Virus record (IMG/VR): IMGVR_UViG_3300047553_000177
Span: 4,686-68,685 of that record
Reading direction: 5' to 3' (one strand)
Source of the DNA: a virus
Taxonomy: Duplodnaviria; Caudoviricetes
Length of the DNA stretch: 64,000 nt
The translations under genes and the position numbers were made by a program. This document shows, one piece after another, positions 56,335-64,000 of this stretch; the first letter of the stretch is position 1; each line of letters opens with the position of its first letter. Below the pieces are notes generated by a model. The model searched no databases and was not told where the DNA came from. It was given only the letters and a program-made list of their open reading frames with translations.

Positions 56335-59300
56335 ATGGCTTCAGAATTAAAGTTTTTAAAAGGAATGAATAAAGATACTGGTCTTTACGATCAGATCGAT
56401 GGTACATATAGAGATGCCTTAAATGCTGTAGTTGATATTAATAAAGGGGCCATCTCTAATGAGTATGGGAATAAACTAGTAAAAGATCTTGGGTATTCTC
56501 CATGTGGACAAATTGCTCTACCAAATGATAACTTTATAATATTTGGTACAAAAAACGTAGCTGCTGAGTCAGCTATACTATTAGTAAATATTGTAAATAA
56601 CACGTCTACAACTCTTTTAAAAACATACAGCACTAACCCTTTTAATAGAGGTCACCTAAACTTTACTGTAGACTCCCCAATAACAGGAGAGTACAGAGTC
56701 TCACCTACAGGAGAAATAATTATATACTTTACAGATAATAAGTATAAATTTACTGTAGAACCTATAACTAAAATAGAGTATGTAAGTTCTTACAATCCTC
56801 CTAGAGTATTTAATGTTACTCGTCAACAAAATTATTTAGCAAGTTCCCCATCAGATAACCAAAGACTTTATGTACACAACAACTTTGGTCATAACATAAA
56901 TACTTTAAATCTATTTATGGATGCAGGTCAAATACCAGAGTTTGATGCTGTAAAAATTCTTCAAGGTGGAGGTGTAGTAAGTGGTGCATATTATCTAGCA
57001 ATAGCATATGCAGACAAAGATTTTACAGAGACAAATGTATTAGGGATGTCAAATCCTGTGTACATTACCCCGTCTCCAGATAAGTATATTCCATTTGAAA
57101 TGGTTAACGGTGCTCCAAAAGGAACACAAACAAACAAGTCTATTAAATGGGATATAAAATCTATAAACACAGATTATAAATATTTAGTTCCATTCATACT
57201 TCAAAGAGTAGGAGATACAGACTATGTATATAAATTAGAATATACAGAGATACTTGGTACTACATCTTCTATAACTTACAGTGGATTAGAAGGTGTAGAA
57301 AAAACTACAGTAGAAGATGCTGTAGTAGATAAAGTTAAATACTTAAGTGCAAAAAGTATTGCACAGCTAGATAATAAACTTTATGCAGCAAATTTAACTG
57401 CTAGAAAAGATTTAGGGTATCAAAGATTTGCTAATGGTCTAGAAGTAGAAGCAGTAGTAAAAAGTGTAACTAAATTTGATTCTCGTATCTACGATATATA
57501 CAATGTAAATGAAGGATACTCTGCTATTACTTTAGCTTATACAACTACTTCAAATACACCAGTAGACTTACAACATATAAAAAATGTTGTATTTCCAGTT
57601 CAGAATACAGCTGATAGAGGGTATAGAGATGCTACTAGATTATTTAAAGATAAAACATATAGAAGAGGAGAAGTATATGCTTTCTACATATCATTTGTAT
57701 TAAAAGATGGGTCAGAGTCATATGCATATCACATTCCTGGAAGACGTATTAGTGCTGCTTATGAAAATCAAATAATGCAGCCAAACGTTCCAGCAGGGAC
57801 TAACTTTCAACCTCAAGAATTATTGTCGTCTGACCCTAACTCTAAAACCTATCAGTATTTAGATACAAGTATTACAACAGGTTTAACTACAGGGTATTGG
57901 GAAAATCAGAATGAAACCTATCCAAATACTCCTGACTTTGCTATATGGTCGACAGATCCACTAGGAACACCTATAGCCAATGGAACATTAGTTGGGCAAA
58001 ATGTTAGGCATCATAAAATGCCTTCTAATCATAATTCTACTTTTTCTACTTTAGTTTTAAATACAGATTTTTCTACTCCCGATTTAACAACAGGAAATGC
58101 TGATCCTGTTAAGATAGAAGAGACTGTAAGAATTTTAGGATTTAGATTAAAAAATATCCGTATCCCTAAATTTATTTTAGAGCAAATACAGGGATATAAA
58201 GTTTACTATGCTAAAAGAAATCAAGGAAATAAAACCATCATAGGCCAAAGTGGGTTACACCCTGGAACTTGGGTTCCTTCAGGAAATCTAAGTGCTTCAA
58301 GAAGTTCTGCTACAGATGGTCCATTCTATCATTTATGGTATATGATAGGTATGCCAAACTATGGAGGATTCTACTATGAAAATACAGAATGGAGTGGATC
58401 AAATGATAATTTAATTCTTCAAAGTGTATTTAAGTTTCATGACTTTACACTTTTAAGAAAGCAACATACATTAGCAACAGCTACTCATATTGATCTTCAG
58501 TATGTTGCAACTATGCAGCAATGGAGAGGCAGATACAAAAACATACGTACTAATAACGTACCATCACAAGGAGACGTGTACGAATCATTTAGACACGGGG
58601 ATGATGAATATGCATGGATACATCCTGACTTAGGTAATACTGTAAATCTAGACTACCCCTCTGGTGACCAGGATGTTTGGGGACCTAAGAATGCTTATGG
58701 ATTTTTAATGGTTGCAGCTAAATATAGTCAGATAGGTACTCCAGGTGTAGATTCTGGCACATCTGTTCAAGTCAATGCTGGTGGATTGTCTACAAATATA
58801 ATAACAGCTTACGGAAATCAAAATATTCTATCTAATCTTCAAACTATATTTTCATTAGATCCAGATAGTGCAACATATCTAAGTGGATTATCTTTTCTAA
58901 AAAATGTATCTGCAACTGGATTTAAAGGTGCCACATACATTATAAATAATAGTGGAGAAAGCTCTATACTTTTAGGACTTAAATCTGGAATACCTCCATT
59001 ATTTGGATATAATAGCACATACAATTCTACAACAGGATTGCCTACATGGGCTAGTACAGATTATCAAGTATTACGTAAAATAATTGGAAGTAATGGTCGT
59101 CCAAATATTTATATTGCAAATCTATGTGCTTCTAAAACAGATGTATTTGAACCATTTGATGAACAAAAATTAGTATGGACTGGACACTATAAATCTCTCT
59201 TGACTGTAAGCACTGTTACAGGTATAGATAGTGCAAATACTAAATTAAATTATTATACAGGTGCAGTCTCAGATAACATATTTGGGGGTGATACTTATAT

Positions 59301-61194
59301 ATGTAAATACTCTTATAGAACTACATCTCAAAGATTTGCATATAGAGATTATATAGGAGGTGGACAAGCCCCACTTGGAATAGATTCATCTACTCAGTTT
59401 AATCCTGGATTAAATGGTTCTCCTAATATATATACACTATCTTCGTTAGCTAGTTTAGATTCTGCTAGCAACTTTAATGGTGGATATGCAGAATCTTATG
59501 ATCCTTATACAACTTTATATCAAATAATTGTAGAGTCTGATGACAATATAAACTTAAGACATACAGGAGATACAGAAAAAGGTATAGCTACTGTGAATAG
59601 TGTTTACTTCGATAAATATACAGCTGCTGATGTATTATGGAAATCTCCATTACACGACTTAACAAAAGCTGATAACTTGCTTTATGAAGATCACTATTCA
59701 GCTTTACAAGATATTAGAGTAAGTATACCGTATCCTAAAAAAGAGAAATCTACAAATCTATACCCAAATAGAGTTATTAGATCGGTCGTACAAGATGGAA
59801 ACTTTAGTGACTCATATAGATATTTTCTACCAATAGACTTTAAAGATTTTGGTCAGAATAGGGGAGCAATAACAAATATATTTAACTTAAACTCTCTTAT
59901 ATACATACATACTGAAAAGAGTTTATTTAGAACTAAAGGTAAGCAGAACTTAGAACTTGGAGATGCTAGTGAAGCATTCATTGGTTCTGGAGACTTATTT
60001 GCTCAAGAGCCAGATGAATTCTTGCAGTCTTCTGAAGGACATCTTGGATTGACAAATAAGATGGGGGCAGTTGTTACTAAAGATGGATATATCTTTGTTT
60101 CTAGAAACTCTAGAAAAATGTTCTTAGTAACAGATAAATTACAAGAGCTATCAGACTTAGGGTTAACTACTTGGTCTAGAGAGAATATACCATTTGCATT
60201 AGAAAACTACGGTGTATCTATTGAGAATATGGGAGTTAGTACAGATGCCCCTACAGATAGATTTGGATTCTTAGTTACATTTGATCCTTTATTTAAGAGA
60301 GTAATATTCACAAAAAGAGAACTAGTTCCAACACAGTTATTTATAACCTTATTTGACTCAGGTCAAATAACTATTATAAACGGGGTTTTATTCTATAAGG
60401 GTAAAGCTATGAATCTTGCAGATGATAATTACTTTGATAGATCTGGTTGGACTTTATCAATGTCTTTAGAGACAGGTACATGGGCTAGTAGACACTCTTA
60501 TATACCACCTTTATATGCCTTCAATACAAAATACTTATACAGCTTTACCCCAAATTTGTCTACGGTACTTTCGTCGAGCTTTTATGTTCACAACGATTAC
60601 AATAACCCTGGCAATTTTTACGGCTCTATTTATAATTTTGAGGTTGACTTTATATCTACTGGAGACTCTACTACAACGGCTACAGGGGCAGTAACATCTA
60701 CTAAGCAAAATAATAAACTGTATACAGCTGTATCATATGTAGCAGAAACATACAAAGTAAATAGTAATAATATTACTGAAATAAAGCACATACTAAACCC
60801 TGGATTCAGCAAATTTTACATATACAATACTACTCAAATATCTGATTATAAAGATATTAAGTATCTAAACAACATACGAAAGGTAGATCAAAACTGGGTA
60901 TTTAACGATTTTAGAGATATCTCTAAAATAGATTTTACAACTAATCTTGTAAATGGGCAAACAACTCCTATGGATGATCTATACTCTGGCACTTATTCCC
61001 CAACTGAGTCCTATTCTATGTTTACTTCAGAAGGAATTATAAACTTAAATTACATAGACTCTTCTAAACCTTGGTATGAGCAAAGAAAGTTTGTGGATAA
61101 ATTTCTAGGAGTTAGATTAATTTCTAGCAATCGTGAACAAAATTTAATAAATTTGTATTCGGCTAAGGCTTCTTACCGAATCTCTAACCGCTAA
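56335..61194 (+). CDS. tail stabilisation / muzzle protein (P22 gp10-like)
   Basis: 1619 aa. KGMNKD..YRDALN start, YRRGEVYAF, FGGDTYI and WASRHSY motifs, plus gene order. Confidence 0.8.
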   Translation: MASELKFLKGMNKDTGLYDQIDGTYRDALNAVVDINKGAISNEYGNKLVKDLGYSPCGQIALPNDNFIIFGTKNVAAESAILLVNIVNNTSTTLLKTYSTNPFNRGHLNFTVDSPITGEYRVSPTGEIIIYFTDNKYKFTVEPITKIEYVSSYNPPRVFNVTRQQNYLASSPSDNQRLYVHNNFGHNINTLNLFMDAGQIPEFDAVKILQGGGVVSGAYYLAIAYADKDFTETNVLGMSNPVYITPSPDKYIPFEMVNGAPKGTQTNKSIKWDIKSINTDYKYLVPFILQRVGDTDYVYKLEYTEILGTTSSITYSGLEGVEKTTVEDAVVDKVKYLSAKSIAQLDNKLYAANLTARKDLGYQRFANGLEVEAVVKSVTKFDSRIYDIYNVNEGYSAITLAYTTTSNTPVDLQHIKNVVFPVQNTADRGYRDATRLFKDKTYRRGEVYAFYISFVLKDGSESYAYHIPGRRISAAYENQIMQPNVPAGTNFQPQELLSSDPNSKTYQYLDTSITTGLTTGYWENQNETYPNTPDFAIWSTDPLGTPIANGTLVGQNVRHHKMPSNHNSTFSTLVLNTDFSTPDLTTGNADPVKIEETVRILGFRLKNIRIPKFILEQIQGYKVYYAKRNQGNKTIIGQSGLHPGTWVPSGNLSASRSSATDGPFYHLWYMIGMPNYGGFYYENTEWSGSNDNLILQSVFKFHDFTLLRKQHTLATATHIDLQYVATMQQWRGRYKNIRTNNVPSQGDVYESFRHGDDEYAWIHPDLGNTVNLDYPSGDQDVWGPKNAYGFLMVAAKYSQIGTPGVDSGTSVQVNAGGLSTNIITAYGNQNILSNLQTIFSLDPDSATYLSGLSFLKNVSATGFKGATYIINNSGESSILLGLKSGIPPLFGYNSTYNSTTGLPTWASTDYQVLRKIIGSNGRPNIYIANLCASKTDVFEPFDEQKLVWTGHYKSLLTVSTVTGIDSANTKLNYYTGAVSDNIFGGDTYICKYSYRTTSQRFAYRDYIGGGQAPLGIDSSTQFNPGLNGSPNIYTLSSLASLDSASNFNGGYAESYDPYTTLYQIIVESDDNINLRHTGDTEKGIATVNSVYFDKYTAADVLWKSPLHDLTKADNLLYEDHYSALQDIRVSIPYPKKEKSTNLYPNRVIRSVVQDGNFSDSYRYFLPIDFKDFGQNRGAITNIFNLNSLIYIHTEKSLFRTKGKQNLELGDASEAFIGSGDLFAQEPDEFLQSSEGHLGLTNKMGAVVTKDGYIFVSRNSRKMFLVTDKLQELSDLGLTTWSRENIPFALENYGVSIENMGVSTDAPTDRFGFLVTFDPLFKRVIFTKRELVPTQLFITLFDSGQITIINGVLFYKGKAMNLADDNYFDRSGWTLSMSLETGTWASRHSYIPPLYAFNTKYLYSFTPNLSTVLSSSFYVHNDYNNPGNFYGSIYNFEVDFISTGDSTTTATGAVTSTKQNNKLYTAVSYVAETYKVNSNNITEIKHILNPGFSKFYIYNTTQISDYKDIKYLNNIRKVDQNWVFNDFRDISKIDFTTNLVNGQTTPMDDLYSGTYSPTESYSMFTSEGIINLNYIDSSKPWYEQRKFVDKFLGVRLISSNREQNLINLYSAKASYRISNR

Positions 61195-61205
61195 CTGCAA
61201 TTACA

Positions 61206-63998
61206 ATGGCTAAAAAATCACAAAATAAACCTGCTAAAAAAGTTCTTAAGAAGTACAATTTAGCTGGATATAATATGAGTTCCCTTTCACAAGCTCCACA
61301 AGCTTCTTACTATTTAGGGAAATCTGCTGCACAGTCTTCAGGAGAATCGTTAGATCCTACTATGGCTGCTATAACTCAGCAAAATGCTGAAATGCAAAAA
61401 CAATCTCAACAACAATCTGAAGAAAATAAAAAGAATTTATTAAATCAAACTCAAGGCTTTGTAGGAGATTTAGCAGGAATCAGTAAAGAATTGATAAAAT
61501 ACAGAGCAGCTTTAAAAGCAGCAGAAGAAGCTAGTAAGGCTGCAGCTGGAGCTAACTTTGGTGGAACTACAGCAGCAATGGCAGATGAAGCCGGCTTTAT
61601 AGCTAGTGGTGCTGGAGCAGGACAATCTGCAGGAACAGCTGCTGGTATGTCCCCTGGTTTAGCTCAAGGCATAACCTCAGGTATTGGAACAGGATTAAGT
61701 TTAGCAGGTACTGGATTGAAAATGTCAGGAGATGATAAAAATGCAGCTACTTATGGAGATAAAGAAAGAAATAGAGATTACTGGGGAACAATAATGCAGA
61801 GTGCAGGAACTGGAGTAGGAATGGGAAGTGTATTTGGCCCAGTTGGATCTGTTGTAGGGGGATTAGCAGGGATTGGTTATGGTATACATCAAGCTAATAA
61901 AGCTACTGATAGAGAAGGAGAATTAGCTCAAAGTTTAACTAGAAGCAATAGATTAAGTGAAGAAGCTTACAGAGATGCTTTTGTAAACTCTAGATTGATG
62001 GACGTCAACCGTGGTGGACAACAGTTTGCTAGATATGGTGGAATGAAGTATGCTATGGGTGGCCCCGGTGATCCAGAAAATCCATATACTGTTACTGGTA
62101 TTGATCCTAAGGCTGATTATGAAAGAGCTATGAATCAATATAAAATTGATTACATGAAAGCTAGGTATACTGATATAGAAACAGCAAACCCTAGAACTCT
62201 ACAAGATAGAATACCTTACCCTACGATGCCTATGACACAACGTCAACAACGTAGAGTAGAAGCTGGTAAAAACCCTAGCACATTCTTTAAGTACTACCCT
62301 CAAGATCCATCATTTGCTGGAACTCGTGATTTAAATACATGGAGTAACCAAGCTATGGAAAATGCAGGACTATCTGGTTTTGAAACAAGATTTAGAAAAG
62401 ATGTTCCATCCCCAGAAGAGATGGCAATGGATCAAGAAGTTGGTGGAGGAGGAAAGTTAAGATTCAGTTCTGGAAGTGGAGGAGGAAAAGGATATCAACC
62501 ACATAAGTTTGATGATAAAAAAATAGGTTTCTTCAAAAACTTATTTATGGATGCACAAGAAAAAGATTGTAGAGGGAAAGGCAGATGTGGATCTAAAGCT
62601 ACTGGAGGATACAAATATGCTACTGGAGGAGTAAGACGAGTAGAAGGTGGAGTTATAAAACCTATCCCAAACTCAAATGATGTAGAATTTGTAGGAAGAT
62701 CTCACGAAGAAGGTGGGATAAAACTAGATAAATACACAGAAGTAGAAGGAAAAGAAACTGCTACAGAAATAAACAATAAAGAATACTACTTCTCTGATTT
62801 CTTAAAAGAGAATGGAAAGTCTTATGCTCAAATGCATAAAGAAATTGCTTCATCTAATTTACCAGAAACTAAGAAGAAAAGTTTAATTAAAGAACTTGCT
62901 AAGAAACAAGAAGCCAGAGCAGGAAGAAATCCAAAGTCTATAAAAGCATCAGGTGGATTTAAATATGCAGCAGGTGGATTAGGATGTCCAGATGGGTATG
63001 TTAATGATCCTGTTTATGGATGTATTCCTGAATATTTAGCAGGTGCTGAAGCTGGTCCTACTTATAAAACTGATAGAGAAATAGCAAGACAGAACTTTGC
63101 ATCAGACCCATATAATTTTGGTGTAAAACCCGATATTGTATATACTAAAAATGGACCAATGGCTATAGGATATAATTATGAAAATACCGACTTAGTTAAT
63201 CCAGCTATTGTAGATGCAGAAGATCCTAGATATAAAGAGTTTGATCCAATGGATTTGATAGGAGCTGCTAGTATTACTGATAAGGATGTAAAAGAATACT
63301 TAAAAGACGATCCAAGTTTTAGATATAACACTAAAACTAAAAAGTATGAAAAAATTTTTGAAGATGGTAAAGTTTCTCCATTAAGTAAACAGGAGCAATC
63401 ACAATTATTTAATAATGTAAAAGAAGACATTGCAAATGCTTATAACTCTAAAGTTGCTGGTAATTACACAGAGATGCAGAGATTAGCCCCAAAAGAACCA
63501 GCATTATTAAAACTTGATTCTAAACCATTAGATTTAAAAATGATGGGGTATCCTTTACAGGGTGCTACGGCAGAAAATGGAAAAGATTGTCCTCCAGGAT
63601 ATTACCCTGACTTAAAAGGAAATTGTATAAAAGCTCCTGAAGGTCTAGAGTTTAAAACAAATGATCGTCCTGGACTTGCTGCAGGATTAGCTCAATTGCT
63701 ACCTGTAGCTTATGCAGCTGCTAACCCTTATCAAAGAGTTAATACAGCTATTGCTCCAGGAAGTGTAGGTAAAGTTTCATTAGGTAGAGTATCTTCTGAT
63801 CGTGAAATTGAAGAAGCTCGTAGACAACAGAATACAATTAACAGAGCTATTCAAAACTCTAACTTAGGCCCTGGTAAATTCAGTGTTATGACAAATTTAG
63901 CAGCTAAGACAAATGAGCAAATAGGGAAGATTGCAGATGCTACTAATAAAGCTAACATAGAAAGGACAGGAAGAGAAAGTCAAATAAATGCTGAGATA
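61206..63998 (+). CDS. virion cargo protein 1-like (3'-truncated by the window, not in the ORF track)
   Basis: ATG at 61206, frame open wherever I checked up to the window end. Gly/Ala-rich membrane-active segment, GRSHEEGGI..EVEGKE motif, KYAxGG repeats. Confidence 0.75.
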   Translation, partial: MAKKSQNKPAKKVLKKYNLAGYNMSSLSQAPQASYYLGKSAAQSSGESLDPTMAAITQQNAEMQKQSQQQSEENKKNLLNQTQGFVGDLAGISKELIKYRAALKAAEEASKAAAGANFGGTTAAMADEAGFIASGAGAGQSAGTAAGMSPGLAQGITSGIGTGLSLAGTGLKMSGDDKNAATYGDKERNRDYWGTIMQSAGTGVGMGSVFGPVGSVVGGLAGIGYGIHQANKATDREGELAQSLTRSNRLSEEAYRDAFVNSRLMDVNRGGQQFARYGGMKYAMGGPGDPENPYTVTGIDPKADYERAMNQYKIDYMKARYTDIETANPRTLQDRIPYPTMPMTQRQQRRVEAGKNPSTFFKYYPQDPSFAGTRDLNTWSNQAMENAGLSGFETRFRKDVPSPEEMAMDQEVGGGGKLRFSSGSGGGKGYQPHKFDDKKIGFFKNLFMDAQEKDCRGKGRCGSKATGGYKYATGGVRRVEGGVIKPIPNSNDVEFVGRSHEEGGIKLDKYTEVEGKETATEINNKEYYFSDFLKENGKSYAQMHKEIASSNLPETKKKSLIKELAKKQEARAGRNPKSIKASGGFKYAAGGLGCPDGYVNDPVYGCIPEYLAGAEAGPTYKTDREIARQNFASDPYNFGVKPDIVYTKNGPMAIGYNYENTDLVNPAIVDAEDPRYKEFDPMDLIGAASITDKDVKEYLKDDPSFRYNTKTKKYEKIFEDGKVSPLSKQEQSQLFNNVKEDIANAYNSKVAGNYTEMQRLAPKEPALLKLDSKPLDLKMMGYPLQGATAENGKDCPPGYYPDLKGNCIKAPEGLEFKTNDRPGLAAGLAQLLPVAYAAANPYQRVNTAIAPGSVGKVSLGRVSSDREIEEARRQQNTINRAIQNSNLGPGKFSVMTNLAAKTNEQIGKIADATNKANIERTGRESQINAEI

Positions 63999-64000
63999 AG

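Noticed and set aside
454-63430. Numerous short ORFs nested antisense or out of frame within long genes
   Set aside because: Shadow ORFs of AT-rich coding sequence, with no motifs or initiation context.
1-64000. Stop-codon reassignment (TAG or TGA), as in some crAss-like phages
   Set aside because: Long genes are intact in the standard code, TAG and TGA end genes at sensible places (including ATGA overlaps), and no suppressor tRNA is present.

Overview
AT-rich (standard genetic code) segment of a crAss-like (Crassvirales-type) podophage of a Bacteroidota host. Layout: (i) 1-5912, + strand: ends of the giant virion cargo genes. (ii) 5968-27543, - strand: early/replication block (Nmad1/DUF1599-like, UDG, 5'-3' exonuclease, rIIA/rIIB, endonuclease, primase, SSB, AAA ATPase, DnaB, SF2 helicase, DnaA-domain-IV-like protein, PolA). 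(iii) About 27550-28150: divergent non-coding switch region with DnaA-box-like repeats and palindromes. (iv) 28163-64000, + strand: late block (lysis module, GroES, IHF-like, terminase, portal, MCP, ring/muzzle tail proteins, first cargo protein). The most striking feature is a dense array of structured non-coding RNAs at the start of the early (- strand) region, about 24880-27300. It holds two tandem, mutually covarying twister-like self-cleaving ribozymes of a variant architecture, compact H-type pseudoknots, multi-stem RNAs and a tRNA-like element without an anticodon arm. Also notable: a promoter-driven structured RNA of about 245 nt at the start of the late region, apparently leaderless late transcripts, a recurring basic-x-x-GG motif in virion proteins, and a 49-aa protein ending like an RNR alpha C-terminal tail. 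All protein calls rest on motifs and gene order read by eye; no database searches or folding programs were run.
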